From: Treponemataceae bacterium
GTDB lineage: Bacteria; Spirochaetota; Spirochaetia; Treponematales; Rectinemataceae
Length of the DNA: 64,000 bases
Reading direction: 5' to 3'
NCBI GenBank assembly: GCA_963667725.2
Contig: CAXXHO010000005.1
Coordinates: 832,001 to 896,000, forward strand
Shown here piece by piece: positions 19,698 through 30,433 of the stretch. The position numbers and the translations under genes are program-made. Under the pieces are notes generated by a model that searched no databases, was not told where the DNA came from, and saw only the letters and a program-made list of their open reading frames with translations. The number at the start of each line of letters is the position of its first letter. Position 1 is the first letter of the stretch.

Positions 19698-20315
19698 TTA
19701 CGCACGCTCCTTGGCGGAGTTCTGCATCCGCTTCTTGAGCCAGATGTTGAGCGAGATAAAGAGGCCGAACACGAGGAACCCTCCGGGGGGAAGGATGAAG
19801 AAGAGAATCGGCTGATAGGATTGGGGCATCACCTGCATGCCGGCGATTGTCCCGTTTCCGAGAATTTCGCGGAAGGCGGCGATGCCGATCAGAACCCAGG
19901 TATAGCCCAGGCCCATGCCCAGGGAATCGAAAATGGCAGGCAGGACCTTCTGTTTCGAAGCGAATGCTTCGACACGCCCCATGATGATGCAGTTGACGAC
20001 GATGAGGGGAATGAAGACGCCCATGCTCTTGGACAGGGCAGGGAAGTAGGCTTTCATCACGAGGTCGACCATGGTGGTGAAGGCCGCGATAATGATGATG
20101 AATATGGGCATGCGCGCGGATGAGGGAATCGCCTTCCTGAAAAGGGAGATGAAAATCTCGGAGAAGAGGAGGACGAAGGTCATCGCCAGTCCCATGCCTA
20201 TACCGTTCGAGACGTTCGACGTGACAGCGAGGGCGGAACAGAGTCCAATCATGAGCATCAGCAGGGGATTTTCATAGATGATTCCCTGCTTGAAGATTTT
20301 CCAGAGGTTTTTCAT
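19698..20315 (-). CDS. rnfE: Rnf complex subunit E
   Basis: ENP..GLCSALAV, FIPLIVVNCIIMGR, LPPGGF; start at MKNLWK. Confidence 0.95.
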   Translation of the reverse strand: MKNLWKIFKQGIIYENPLLMLMIGLCSALAVTSNVSNGIGMGLAMTFVLLFSEIFISLFRKAIPSSARMPIFIIIIAAFTTMVDLVMKAYFPALSKSMGVFIPLIVVNCIIMGRVEAFASKQKVLPAIFDSLGMGLGYTWVLIGIAAFREILGNGTIAGMQVMPQSYQPILFFILPPGGFLVFGLFISLNIWLKKRMQNSAKERA

Positions 20316-20316
20316 G

Positions 20317-20973
20317 TCATTTACCTCCCGTCGTTTCGGTGGCCAAAGACTGCTGCGCGCCCTGATCGGCTTCCGATCCATCGGTTACCGTCGAATTCTC
20401 GAGCCAGAGCGCGGCCGATTCGGCGGCGCTCTTTATAATGCGGGTCAGGGATTTCGATGTGATGGTCGACGCGGTTATGGCGATGACATCCTTTTTCACC
20501 TCGAAGGCATCGGTGATGAACTTTCCGGCAAACTGGCCCGGGAATGTCACTTTTTCCGCCTTCTTGACGAAATAGCCTTCATTCTTTGCGTTGGCGCCGA
20601 GGCCGGCCGTGTCGTTGAGCTCGAGAACGCGTACGCCGGCTATGCTCCTGTTGAGCCTGACGCCCACAAGAAGGGTCGCCTTGCCGCCATAGCTGGCTCC
20701 CGAGGCTTTTATGGCCACGCCGAGTGGTACTTCGGCGCTTTTTACGAGCATGGCATTCTGAAAGATTATTTCTGAGTCGCTCGACACCACGGAAGAGGAA
20801 ATATCCTCGAATATTTCTCCGTCGGGAAAAACTTCCTTCAGCGAGGCGGTAAGGGCGATCTGATCCTGGGCCTCAATCTGCGGTTTGGTGATGGAATAGA
20901 CCACCGCTAGGCTGGCGCAGGCGCCTACGGCGAAAATGGCCAGAATAAGGCCGAGTTTTACTATGTTCTTCAT
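20317..20973 (-). CDS. rnfG: Rnf complex subunit G
   Basis: N-terminal TM segment, DTAGLG, FMN-site-like ITASTITS. Confidence 0.9.
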   Translation of the reverse strand: MKNIVKLGLILAIFAVGACASLAVVYSITKPQIEAQDQIALTASLKEVFPDGEIFEDISSSVVSSDSEIIFQNAMLVKSAEVPLGVAIKASGASYGGKATLLVGVRLNRSIAGVRVLELNDTAGLGANAKNEGYFVKKAEKVTFPGQFAGKFITDAFEVKKDVIAITASTITSKSLTRIIKSAAESAALWLENSTVTDGSEADQGAQQSLATETTGGK

Positions 20974-21980
20974 TTGCCGGCCTCCTTCGTGGGTTTAATG
21001 GGCTTGACGGGAGGCACATAGCCGTATTTCTTGACTCGGATCTTGTTCAGGAAGGGCGTGATGATGTTCATGATGAGGATCGAGTAGGTGACGCCTTCAG
21101 GGAATCCGCCGAACTTCCTTATTATAACGGTGATCAAACCGATTCCGATGCCGAAAAGGGCCTGACCCGCTGGGGTGAGCGGCCGCGTCGAGTAGTCGGT
21201 GGCCATGAAGAAGGCGCCGAATACCACGCCGCCGGTCAGCAGGGCGAACAGGGGATTCATGCCGAAAACCCAGGCGAACACGAAGGTCGAGGCCAGGACT
21301 GATACGGGGACGATCCACTGAACAACGCCAATACCGATCAGGAAGAGTCCGCCAAGAAGGATGAGAAGGATCGAACTCTCGCCAAGGGAACCGGAGCGGT
21401 AGCCCATGAAGAGCTGCCTAAGGAAAGCGCCCGTATCGGAGGCCCCGAAATAGGTGGCCACATCGGCGAGGGAAGCTCCTTGCTTCATCAGGGCGAGCGG
21501 GGTGGCCGCGCTCGTGGCATCGGCCGCGAGGGCCAGGCCGTTGGGCATGGACCAGGTCGTGATGGCCGCGGGAAAGCTCATCAGGAGGAAGGCGCGTCCG
21601 ATCAGCGCGGGGTTGAAGGGGTTGGCGCCGAGACCACCGAAGAATTCCTTGGCCACGACGATCGCGAAAATGGCGCCGAGAGCCGCCATCCAGAGGGGCG
21701 TCTTGGGAGGCAGTATCAGGGCGAGCAGAAGGCCAGTGATGACGGCGGAAAAATCACCGATCGTCGTCGTGGCCTTGATCGCCTTCCTGAAGACGAATTC
21801 CGCGGCTACAGCCGAAATCACGGATACCAGGATCAGCGCGAGCGCCGAGAATCCGTAGAGGTACACACCATAGCCGACGGCGGGAATCAGGGCGATTATG
21901 ACCGAGAGCATGATGCGCGATGTGCTCACCGGCGTGAACGAGTGGGGGCTCGAGGAAAGCAATATGCCTTTAGCGGGCAT
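20970..21980 (-). CDS. rnfD: Rnf complex subunit D
   Basis: SSPH, GGLGANPFNPA, SAATPL, FMATDY, PEGV. Confidence 0.95.
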   Translation of the reverse strand: MPAKGILLSSSPHSFTPVSTSRIMLSVIIALIPAVGYGVYLYGFSALALILVSVISAVAAEFVFRKAIKATTTIGDFSAVITGLLLALILPPKTPLWMAALGAIFAIVVAKEFFGGLGANPFNPALIGRAFLLMSFPAAITTWSMPNGLALAADATSAATPLALMKQGASLADVATYFGASDTGAFLRQLFMGYRSGSLGESSILLILLGGLFLIGIGVVQWIVPVSVLASTFVFAWVFGMNPLFALLTGGVVFGAFFMATDYSTRPLTPAGQALFGIGIGLITVIIRKFGGFPEGVTYSILIMNIITPFLNKIRVKKYGYVPPVKPIKPTKEAGK

Positions 21981-23352
21981 TCTGGGCCTCCTTTTGTTTC
22001 AATGCGCGCAGCACCTGCTTGCCTACCCTGAAACGCTGCACGAGGTGCCGATGCGCCGGGCATACGAAGGAACAGGTTCCGCATTCGATACAGTCGAGGA
22101 GGCCGATCTTCTCGGCTTCCTTATAGTCTTCGCTTTCTATGGCGACGGCGAGAAGAGCGGGGGACAGCCTGCAGGAGCAAGCCCTCATACACCTGCCGCA
22201 GCGGATGCAGGTCTCCTCGTCGTAATGCTTCGCTTCCTCGGCGTTGAGAAGAAGCACGCCGGAGGTGTTTTTCTGGACGGGAATCTGGTAGTTGGGAACG
22301 GCTACGCCCATCATGGGACCGCCGTAGATGATCATCGCGAGAGCCGCTTCGTCCACCTGGGCAAGCCCCGCGGCGATAATATCAGCGACGGGAGTGCCAA
22401 TCGGCGCGATCACGTTTACGGGTTTCGCGCACGCTCCGCCCGAAATCGTAAGCCCGCGCTCTATGAGAGGCTTGCCCTCTTTGAAGGCGTCCACCATGGC
22501 GCACAGCGATCCGATGTTCTGGACGACGCAGCCGACATCCATAGGCAGTCCGCCGGAGGGCACTTCCTTGCCGGTTATCGCCGCGATGAGCATTTTTTCG
22601 CCGCCCTGTGGATACTTCGTTTTCAGCAGCTGGACGCGGATTTTCATGCCGGCGCGCGTGCGCGGGCTGGAGGCTATCGCCTTTTCGAGGAGGGGAATGG
22701 CGTGCGCCTTGTTTTCCTCCACTGCGATGATGCCTTCGGGAGCACTCACGATTTTCATCGTGATGGCCACGCCTTCGACCACATCCTCGGGACGCTCGAT
22801 CATTGTCCGCTCGTCAATCGTCAGGAAGGGTTCGCACTCGGCTCCGTTCGCTATAACGTAAGATATAGGCTTGGAGGGGGCCAGCTTTACGTGTACGGGA
22901 AAGCCCGCGCCGCCCATGCCTACGATTCCCGCCGCGCGGACGCGAGCCAGGGCCTCTTCCTTCGTGCAACTGAAAACATCGAGGGGCGGCATGAAATCGA
23001 CGAGATCTTCCGGTGCCGGCGCCGCCTGTCCCTCGGCCGGAGGAGGCAGGGCTTCGATGATGATGCAGGGGCCATCGTTGTTGTTGGACTGGGTTCTCGG
23101 TTCGATTTTCTTGACGACGCCGGCAATGGGGGAATGGACGGGAACCGTCATTCTGCCATCGGCATCGGCAATTTTCTGCCCGCGTTTCACAATATCGCCG
23201 ACCTTGACCAAAGCCTGGAGCGGAGCTCCGAAATGCTGGTTAACCGGGACGACGACTTGTTTGACCTCGCGCAGACGTTCGACCGCTAGGCCGCTCGAGC
23301 GGTCTTTTCTCTCGGGTGGGTGTGCTCCACCTTTAAAGGTCTTTACTGTCAT
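21970..23352 (-). CDS. rnfC: Rnf complex subunit C
   Basis: FKGGAHP, GMGGAGFP, NGAECEP, KYPQGGE, CIRCGRC, CIECGTC; start at MTVKTF. Confidence 0.95.
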   Translation of the reverse strand: MTVKTFKGGAHPPERKDRSSGLAVERLREVKQVVVPVNQHFGAPLQALVKVGDIVKRGQKIADADGRMTVPVHSPIAGVVKKIEPRTQSNNNDGPCIIIEALPPPAEGQAAPAPEDLVDFMPPLDVFSCTKEEALARVRAAGIVGMGGAGFPVHVKLAPSKPISYVIANGAECEPFLTIDERTMIERPEDVVEGVAITMKIVSAPEGIIAVEENKAHAIPLLEKAIASSPRTRAGMKIRVQLLKTKYPQGGEKMLIAAITGKEVPSGGLPMDVGCVVQNIGSLCAMVDAFKEGKPLIERGLTISGGACAKPVNVIAPIGTPVADIIAAGLAQVDEAALAMIIYGGPMMGVAVPNYQIPVQKNTSGVLLLNAEEAKHYDEETCIRCGRCMRACSCRLSPALLAVAIESEDYKEAEKIGLLDCIECGTCSFVCPAHRHLVQRFRVGKQVLRALKQKEAQNAR

Positions 23353-23561
23353 GGCGGAAAAAATCTCCTTTGCAGGTAATATCCGCTTTCGTGCGTGTCC
23401 CGTCGAAAATGAAAAGTGGACACGATGAATGGGTGGGAAATCGCGAAATTCTAACCCAAATAATCCAGAACGGTCAAGCTGGAAAGTATGGAAATGCATC
23501 TATAAGTCTTTATATCATCGATGATAAGCGTCGGGTTTTTCGATATTATATTATCTATAAA

Positions 23562-23601
23562 AAAAGCCGGCTTAATTCCCTTAATGGGTAAGCCGGCTTT
23601 T
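23562..23601 (-). terminator. Terminator downstream of jag
   Basis: AAAAGCCGGCTTA...TAAGCCGGCTTTT inverted repeat with U-tract on the minus strand. Confidence 0.65.
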
Positions 23602-23635
23602 CAATGGCATCCGGAAAGGATGCGCTTCCGTCTGG

Positions 23636-24373
23636 TTACTTTCTGCCGCGGAACATCACGCGGACCTGCTTGTAAAGGCCTTCGCCTTCGCTTTTCGTCT
23701 CGATGTCAACGATGTCGTTCAACGTCGTGTGAATGATTCGGCGCTCGAAAGGATTCATCGGCTCCAGCAGGATCGAGCGTCCTGTCCTCCTCACCTGTTC
23801 GGCGGATTCATAGGCTATGCGGACGAGGGATTCTTCCCTGCGGATCCTGTAGTTCTCTGAATCCAGGATGACTTTTATGTCTTCCCTGCCGAGCTTTCCG
23901 GCATAGACATTGGCCAGGAGCTGAAGGGCGTCGATATTTTTGCCCTTCTTGCCGATGATCATGGACGTATTTTCCGTCTCGATCTTCAGGCCAACCTTCT
24001 TCTCTTCCCTGAACAGGACCGATACCTTGGCGGGATAGCCCATTTTACCGACCACTTCCGTCGTCCAGGCCACCATCTTCGTCTCGAACTCATCGATCGG
24101 CATCTTTTCCGCGTCGGAGAGCGGAGCGCGTTCGATCGGCGAGGAAGCCGAGGCGGCGGGAGCGGGGGAAACAGCCTTCGGCGCCATGGCCGGATTCTTC
24201 GGCTCGGCTTCGCTGGTATGCACCCTGATCCGCACTTTTCCCTTCTTGAACAGACCGCCGGAGAGGGACTCCAGGATCTCCACATCGAACTCGTCCGTTT
24301 CCAGTCCGAGTTCCGAGGCGGCAAGCTCGATAGCCTCACGCTCCGTCTTGCCTTCAAATTCATATATCATCAC
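23636..24373 (-). CDS. jag: Jag/EloR (KhpB) RNA-binding protein
   Basis: Jag_N (EFEGKT), KH (IIGKKG), R3H (RRIIH); follows yidC. Confidence 0.93.
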   Translation of the reverse strand: MMIYEFEGKTEREAIELAASELGLETDEFDVEILESLSGGLFKKGKVRIRVHTSEAEPKNPAMAPKAVSPAPAASASSPIERAPLSDAEKMPIDEFETKMVAWTTEVVGKMGYPAKVSVLFREEKKVGLKIETENTSMIIGKKGKNIDALQLLANVYAGKLGREDIKVILDSENYRIRREESLVRIAYESAEQVRRTGRSILLEPMNPFERRIIHTTLNDIVDIETKSEGEGLYKQVRVMFRGRK

Positions 24374-24415
24374 GAATCTCCTAAAGAGAGGGATATTACT
24401 TGCTCGCGGTCAGCC

Positions 24416-26506
24416 TCAACGCTTCTTTCCCGCCTGCTTTCCGGATTTTACGTCACCCGACGAAGCCCCGGGTTTCTGGTCCTTGGCCGCTCTGCCCGCA
24501 TCGACGGCACTGCTCGCCTCGGCTCCTTTCTTCTCGAGCCAGTTCTTCACCTTTTCGCTGAATCCTTCGGCGGAAACCGGGGCGCCGCCGCGAACGGTTG
24601 TCTTTCCGGCGCTCTTCATGGCGACGGATCCGCCCTGAACGGGCTTGCCCGCGGGAGCCTTGGCCACCGCAAGCTTATGATTCTTCAGCATGTTGTTGAT
24701 GACCATCTGCTGGAGAATCGTTAACACGTTGCTTACGATCCAGTAGAGCAGAAGGCCGGACGGAACGTCGTAGAGGACGAAAAAGAACATTATTGGCATT
24801 CCGTACATCATAAGTTTCATCTGGCTGGCGCTTTGGCCGGGGCTTTGGTTGCTCTGAGTGAACTTGCCATACAAAAGCTGGCTTGCCAGATAAATGATGG
24901 GCAATGCCCGTAAATCGCTCCAGCCGACGAGCGGAAGCTTGAAAGTGCCGAAATTCCAGATGGATTCGGGAAGGGAAAGGTCGCCGATCCAGCCCGCGAT
25001 GAAGCTCGCGCCCCTGAGGTCGAAGTGATTGTTGAACAGGTTGTACATGGCGATGAAAAGCGGGAACTGTATCAGCATGGGGAGGCAGCCGGACATCGGA
25101 TTGTAATTCTCCGCCTTGTAGAACCCGGCCATTTCCTGGTTCAGCTTCTGGGGATTGGACTTGTACTTGGCCTGCAGCTCCTGGATCTTGGGCTGGAGTT
25201 CCTGCATCCTGGCGGTGGAAATGGAACTCTTCTTCGTGAGCGGGAAGAAGAGAGCCTTTATGATGATAGTCACTATGATTATGGCCACGCCATAATTCGG
25301 GATGAGCTTATAGGAAATATTCAGGAGAAACTTGAGGATGGTCTCGAGCCAGCCCAGGAGGTTCGAACGCTCCGTCGCGTCTTCCAGGCGCATTCCCTGC
25401 AGCCCAAAGGCATTCTTGTCGGAATACTCGTACTTGGCAAGCTCGCCTGCTGTTCTCGGCCCGAAGTAGAAATAGTACTTGTCGGTCTGGCTGGACGAAT
25501 TGATGACAGGCCTGGAGAGATACATCGAATTCGTTTGCTTGATCGTCTGGTCCTGGGATTGCAGGTAGCTGAAGGTGGCGAAAGGCGCTTCGGGTATGGC
25601 GATGAAGGCGAAGTATTTGCCGGCGAGGGAGCCCCAGGTCGGCTGCTCTTTGATGACCTGGAAATTGCCGGCTTTCGCCGTCTCGAGCTTCTTCTTGCCG
25701 TTGACCTCGAGGATGTACTTCCTGTAGTCGGCGTTTTTCGGAAGATGATCGAAGCGGGGGCCGATCTGCGGTCCGATGGAAAGCGTATAGGCGGTGCCGT
25801 TGGTGTTCAGGGGAATCTGCGCGCCGTTGGCGCCCTCGAGGGTAACCGCCATGGCGAAGAGATACTCGCCGTCGCGGAAGGTGAAAGCTTTCCTATAAGT
25901 AAAGGGAATCAGCTCGCCCGTTCCGTCTGCCTTCGCGTAGAAGGTTCTGGAGAACTGAATCGTCTTCCTCTCGCCGTCAAGCCAGCTGACGTTCATCAAC
26001 TCCTTGACCGGATAGGCGTCCTGGGCCCCGAAAGCCAGCGAAATGCCGTTCGAGCCTTTTTCGCCTGGCACGATCAGATCCACGTAGCCGTCTTTGTCTT
26101 TGTGGTCTTTAAGCTTGAGGGAAACGATGTCGCCGCCGGCGTTGCTTAAAACCGCTTTGAGAAGATCGGTTTCGATCGTATAGGTGGATTCGGCCTGGGG
26201 TACGGGAATCGCGGCCAGGCTCGCGTCAGCGCCCGCTGAAAGGGCCGGCGCTTCCGCCGCCACGACAGGCGCGGACTGCGTCGTCACCACGGTGGCCGCC
26301 GGCGTGATCCCCTGCCCGCCCCGTGTCGTCACGACTTGCTGGCTCGTGGTTTGCTGAGTCTGGGCCTGCTGGGGGGCGGGCGGGAAAATGGCATTCTGGA
26401 CAATAAAGCCAACGCCTACGATCAGGGTCGACAGCACAACCGCTATGATGGTGCGCCTGCTCTCTTCTTTGGTCTGGGATCCGTCGTTCAGGTTGAATAT
26501 GCTCAT
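24416..26506 (-). CDS. yidC: Membrane protein insertase YidC
   Basis: [28 protein letters not shown]; synteny. Confidence 0.95.
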   Translation of the reverse strand: MSIFNLNDGSQTKEESRRTIIAVVLSTLIVGVGFIVQNAIFPPAPQQAQTQQTTSQQVVTTRGGQGITPAATVVTTQSAPVVAAEAPALSAGADASLAAIPVPQAESTYTIETDLLKAVLSNAGGDIVSLKLKDHKDKDGYVDLIVPGEKGSNGISLAFGAQDAYPVKELMNVSWLDGERKTIQFSRTFYAKADGTGELIPFTYRKAFTFRDGEYLFAMAVTLEGANGAQIPLNTNGTAYTLSIGPQIGPRFDHLPKNADYRKYILEVNGKKKLETAKAGNFQVIKEQPTWGSLAGKYFAFIAIPEAPFATFSYLQSQDQTIKQTNSMYLSRPVINSSSQTDKYYFYFGPRTAGELAKYEYSDKNAFGLQGMRLEDATERSNLLGWLETILKFLLNISYKLIPNYGVAIIIVTIIIKALFFPLTKKSSISTARMQELQPKIQELQAKYKSNPQKLNQEMAGFYKAENYNPMSGCLPMLIQFPLFIAMYNLFNNHFDLRGASFIAGWIGDLSLPESIWNFGTFKLPLVGWSDLRALPIIYLASQLLYGKFTQSNQSPGQSASQMKLMMYGMPIMFFFVLYDVPSGLLLYWIVSNVLTILQQMVINNMLKNHKLAVAKAPAGKPVQGGSVAMKSAGKTTVRGGAPVSAEGFSEKVKNWLEKKGAEASSAVDAGRAAKDQKPGASSGDVKSGKQAGKKR

Positions 26507-26733
26507 GGTATTGGGTCAAAACCTCCCGGGTTTCTGGGATGACATCGTAAAATCCTCTTGACGGCAAGGTATCCGCCCTTGAAAGGTCCATACTTGGCGA
26601 TTGCCTGGTAAGAATAGGCGGAACAGGTGGGATAAAACCTGCAGGACGGGGGAAAGAGAGGGGAAATGAGAATCTGGTAGAGCTTGATGAGGACGAGGAA
26701 CGGAAATGAAAGTATCTTTCTCAGCACATTCAT
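26503..26733 (-). CDS. yidD: Membrane protein insertion efficiency factor YidD
   Basis: [22 protein letters not shown]. Confidence 0.95.
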   Translation of the reverse strand: MNVLRKILSFPFLVLIKLYQILISPLFPPSCRFYPTCSAYSYQAIAKYGPFKGGYLAVKRILRCHPRNPGGFDPIP

Positions 26734-27098
26734 CGCACTAACCCCGCCTTACGAAGAAGCAGGAGCATCAGGCCGGAACACTCCGCGAAACTGTCGTATT
26801 CTGGGTACAGCACGAAGGCCACATCGCTGCCGGGGGCAATTCTCTGCTTGTTGATACGCCACACTTCACGGGCAATCCGTTTTGCCCTGTTGCGTTGTAC
26901 CGCCCCTTCAAACGAACGTACGGCGACAAAAACCGCCCGGCTCCTGCCAAGGGAATTTCGCGCGACGCGAAGAACCATCCCTTTGCAGGAATACCGGGCG
27001 CCTGTGCGGAAAATCCGGTCAATTTCCGATTTGGTCCGAACTTTCTCGGACTTCGGAAAATCCTGTCTCGTTTTTTCCATATCCCCATCCGGGGACAT
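26730..27098 (-). CDS. rnpA: Ribonuclease P protein component
   Basis: [12 protein letters not shown] motif; between rpmH and yidD; start could be 27080. Confidence 0.9.
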   Translation of the reverse strand: MSPDGDMEKTRQDFPKSEKVRTKSEIDRIFRTGARYSCKGMVLRVARNSLGRSRAVFVAVRSFEGAVQRNRAKRIAREVWRINKQRIAPGSDVAFVLYPEYDSFAECSGLMLLLLRKAGLVR

Positions 27099-27102
27099 TC
27101 CG

Positions 27103-27258
27103 TCAATACTTCTTGTTCTCGTCGGCGACGCTGAGCTTGATCCGTCCCTTCGCTCTTCTTCTCTTGAGAACGAGGCGACCGCCCTTCGTGCTCATGCGGG
27201 CGCGAAAGCCGAATTTCCTGTTTCTCTTGGTTCTGCTGGGTTGATAGGTGCGCTTCAT
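27103..27258 (-). CDS. rpmH: 50S ribosomal protein L34 (not in ORF track, 51 aa)
   Basis: Manual translation [60 protein letters not shown]. Confidence 0.97.
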   Translation of the reverse strand: MKRTYQPSRTKRNRKFGFRARMSTKGGRLVLKRRRAKGRIKLSVADENKKY

Positions 27259-27446
27259 GGCAACTTGCTCCTTATCCTATAGGCGACAGCGCGCGAACGC
27301 CGGTCGATTTCTGTTTCAGCCCCTTCGGGTCTTCGGGCACACGTGAGGCAGGTTCGTGAGTATAAAACGATGGGCCAGGCTTCGTCAATCGGCCATGCTG
27401 CGGCGTTCCACTCCTCGCGCGACGCGCAAAAGGCGCGGCTATAGCC

Positions 27447-27950
27447 CTATTTGTTGATGTTTTTCCTTATTCGGGCAAACATGGCCACCATATCTTGTGG
27501 AAGCTTTGTCTCATGGCCGGCTTTTTCGTCCATGGCTTTTTCGGCTTCCTTTTCTACTTCCTTTTCGGCCGTCGATTCAGGGGCTGATTCGGGAGGACGG
27601 AGGCCTGAAACCCGCCCGGGCATCGAGGCCGAAACGCTCGCCGACACCCCGCTCTCGCCAAGCCTGAAAGCGATGCCGCGAATCTTCAGGTCGGGAAAGC
27701 GCCGCTGTATTTCCTCGAGAATCCTGTCCTGCTGGAGCTGGAGCAGCTGCATCCAGCCCTGATGCTCGGTCTCCACGATCAGAATGCCGTGCCTGATGTC
27801 GGCCGGCTTGGAATGCTCGCCCAGCCTGGAGCCTGCTATGAGCTTCCAGGAATTTCCGAAACCAGAATACAGCTCTCCCTTTTTGACCATATCCTGGTCG
27901 AAGAACGAAGAGAGAAGTTCAGAGACTGTCTTGATTCTGGAATCGGCCAT
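27447..27950 (-). CDS. dciA: DUF721/DciA family helicase loader
   Basis: W..IAG..L.EHS.P..I..GIL.V....W.Q.L pattern; directly after recF. Confidence 0.8.
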   Translation of the reverse strand: MADSRIKTVSELLSSFFDQDMVKKGELYSGFGNSWKLIAGSRLGEHSKPADIRHGILIVETEHQGWMQLLQLQQDRILEEIQRRFPDLKIRGIAFRLGESGVSASVSASMPGRVSGLRPPESAPESTAEKEVEKEAEKAMDEKAGHETKLPQDMVAMFARIRKNINK

Positions 27951-29028
27951 GGCTCACCTTATACACGATCGTATCCCCGTTCCCATACTCCGTCCACGGT
28001 TCCTCGGGCAGAAAGGTGAAGAAAGCCTGAGCGCCTTGTCCCGGACCAGGCAGAAGATCCAGGAATCTCCGGCGCCTCCCCACGTCCAGCTCCAGGAGCA
28101 CGTCGTCCAGGAGAAGAACCGGCCACCGGGAAGTCTGGCCGGCGTAGGCACGCGCCTCTATGACGCGCAATATGAGGGAAACAAGCCGCAGCTGGCCGGT
28201 GGAAGCCCTGTCCGTGAACACTTCTCCCTCGCAGGAGAAGTTCCAGCGGTCCCTGTGAGGTCCCGTCCTCGTCGTGCCGAAGAGCACCTCGCTCTCCCTC
28301 CTCGCCGCCAGGAGTTCGAGGGCAGAATCCATGGAGGAATCCTGGGGCCAATTCGACGCGTAGGTCAGGTCTACCTTCCGGCCGAGCAGCGCCACCGATT
28401 CATAGAGACCGGGAAACTCCTCCTGGAAACGAAGGTGCAGGGCTCGCCTCGCCTTCATGAGCTCCAGACCGTAGGAAACGAAGAGGGGATCCATGGCCTC
28501 GAGCAGGTCGTAGGCGCTTTCCTTCAGGGCGGCGTTCCTCTGCTTGAGAATCCTCTTGTAGGATCGCAGTACGTCGATGTAGGAAAGCGAAAGCATGCCG
28601 GCGCACTGGTCGAAAAAAAAGCGCCTCCTTTCGGGATCGCCGGCGGCGAAGGTAAAGTCCTCATGGCAGAAAACCACGGAGGGATTGTGGAATACGAGTT
28701 CCTTTCTGTCCCTGAGCGGTTTGCCGTTCAGCCTGATGTCCTTTACGGAACCCTCCACGCGGACGGAAATCTCCTCATCCAGTACCGAATCCCCGCCTGA
28801 AGCCGACCAGAGCCCCGTCAGGCCGAAGCCGGAAGCGCCGGCGGCGGGGATTTGCGCGTCCACGAGACCGCGAAAAGACGCGCCATAGCAGAGAAAATAC
28901 AGCGCCTCCAGGAAATTAGTCTTTCCCTGACCGTTTTCCCCTATGAGGAATATTTTTTCGGCGTCAACGTCGATTTCCCCGTCTTCAAGATTGCGAAACG
29001 AAACGAAGCGGGCGCGCTTGAAAGGCAT
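27919..29028 (-). CDS. recF: DNA replication/repair protein RecF
   Basis: FRNL, GENGQGKTN, GPHRD, STGQ, LLDDVLLELD. Confidence 0.96.
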   Translation of the reverse strand: MPFKRARFVSFRNLEDGEIDVDAEKIFLIGENGQGKTNFLEALYFLCYGASFRGLVDAQIPAAGASGFGLTGLWSASGGDSVLDEEISVRVEGSVKDIRLNGKPLRDRKELVFHNPSVVFCHEDFTFAAGDPERRRFFFDQCAGMLSLSYIDVLRSYKRILKQRNAALKESAYDLLEAMDPLFVSYGLELMKARRALHLRFQEEFPGLYESVALLGRKVDLTYASNWPQDSSMDSALELLAARRESEVLFGTTRTGPHRDRWNFSCEGEVFTDRASTGQLRLVSLILRVIEARAYAGQTSRWPVLLLDDVLLELDVGRRRRFLDLLPGPGQGAQAFFTFLPEEPWTEYGNGDTIVYKVSHGRFQNQDSL

Positions 29029-30134
29029 CAGTCAATCTGCATCGGCATGACTATATGGAAATAGTCCCCTCTCGGTTCGGGCCTGAGCGTTATGGCGCGC
29101 GAGGGATCGCTGAATTCCACGACGAAATTCTCGGAATCGAGGACGCGCAGCGGCTCCTCGACGTACCTGTAGTTCAACGCGATAGTCGTATCCTCGCCCT
29201 CGTACTCGCAGGGAATTTCCTCGCGCGCGGCGCCTATCTCGCTTTCCTCGGAAGAAAGGATGAGCCCGTCTCCCGACAATGAGAAGAAGGTTCTGTTGGA
29301 TTTCTGCTCAACGAAAATAGAGACGCGCTTGAGGGCCTCCATCAGGTCGGCCTTCTTCACGGAGAAAGAGAATTTCTGGCTCTGCGGTATGACCTTCTGG
29401 TAGTTGGGGAACTGTCCCTCTATGAGAACGCTCGAAATCTGGTAGCTGTTGAAGCGGAAGAAAATGCTCTTGTCGGTGATGGCCATGGAAATCATGCCTT
29501 CGTCGGAAAGTCTCTTGTTTATGATGCCGAGAACCTTCGTCGGGATGATGACGGGCCTGAAATCGGGAATATTGGCCTCAAACTCGTTCTTGACGAAGGC
29601 AAGGCGGCGTCCGTCCGTGGAAACCATGACGATCGCGCCCTCGGGAGTCTTTTCCATGAACACGCCATTCATGAAATAACGGGTTTCGTCGGTGGAGACC
29701 GAAAAAATAGTCTGTGTGATCATCCGCTTGAACTCGCGGGCGGGGATATCGAAGAAAAGCTCTGGTTCAGCCCTCGGCAGTTCGGGGAATTTTTCGCCCG
29801 AGAGCGTTTTCAGCTGGAAACGGACCTTTCTCGCCACCGGCTTGAGCACGACCCTTCCCTCATCCTGTTCGACGCTGAGATCTCCGTCGGGAAGCGAGGA
29901 AAGAATTCCGGTGAGCTTGTCGCAAAATACCGTAAGGGAACCCGGAATCACATCGCCCACCGGTATGGACGTCTCGAAACTTACTTTTACGTCGGTGGCC
30001 CTGATCAGAAGTTTTGAATCGGAAGCTTCAAGAAACACGTTGGACATTATGGACAAAGCGTTTTTCGATGCTATCACTTCCTGGGCAAAGGCAATTTCAC
30101 GAAAAAGGCTGGTCTTATCGCAGGTAAATTTCAT
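29028..30134 (-). CDS. dnaN: DNA polymerase III beta clamp
   Basis: ATD, STDGRRL, GQFPNY, VMPM; downstream of dnaA. Confidence 0.96.
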   Translation of the reverse strand: MKFTCDKTSLFREIAFAQEVIASKNALSIMSNVFLEASDSKLLIRATDVKVSFETSIPVGDVIPGSLTVFCDKLTGILSSLPDGDLSVEQDEGRVVLKPVARKVRFQLKTLSGEKFPELPRAEPELFFDIPAREFKRMITQTIFSVSTDETRYFMNGVFMEKTPEGAIVMVSTDGRRLAFVKNEFEANIPDFRPVIIPTKVLGIINKRLSDEGMISMAITDKSIFFRFNSYQISSVLIEGQFPNYQKVIPQSQKFSFSVKKADLMEALKRVSIFVEQKSNRTFFSLSGDGLILSSEESEIGAAREEIPCEYEGEDTTIALNYRYVEEPLRVLDSENFVVEFSDPSRAITLRPEPRGDYFHIVMPMQID

Positions 30135-30229
30135 CGCATCCCCCTGAGATGATATATATGTTTTATTCTACCAGAACTTCGTTCATTTTGAAACAGTCGC
30201 TCTTCTCTTTTTTCTTTTCCCTCTCTCTA

Positions 30230-30400
30230 TTGATTCTTTATATAGCTTTATAAAAGAGTAATAATAGTAATAAGGAACCAAGATATGTGGATAACCCATT
30301 TAATTGCATAGAGGCAATAAAAATATGTGCTGTGCAAAACCTGTTGACAGAGCCTTGTCTTTATCCACAATATCCACCGCTTCCCCGATTGTCCACAACC
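30230..30400. other. oriC unwinding part (dnaA-dnaN intergenic): DnaA boxes, DnaA-trios, AT-rich tract
   Basis: TGTGGATAA 30286-30294, TTATCCACA 30361-30369, TTGTCCACA 30389-30397; TAATAATAGTAATAA at 30259-30273. Confidence 0.88.
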
Positions 30401-30433
30401 CTTAGGCTGTTGTGCACCGTTTATAAAGGGCTT

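Noticed and set aside
23513..23526. Palindrome TATCATCGATGATA upstream of rnfC
   Set aside because: Single copy in an AT-rich promoter, does not match the Rex consensus, no supporting regulator nearby
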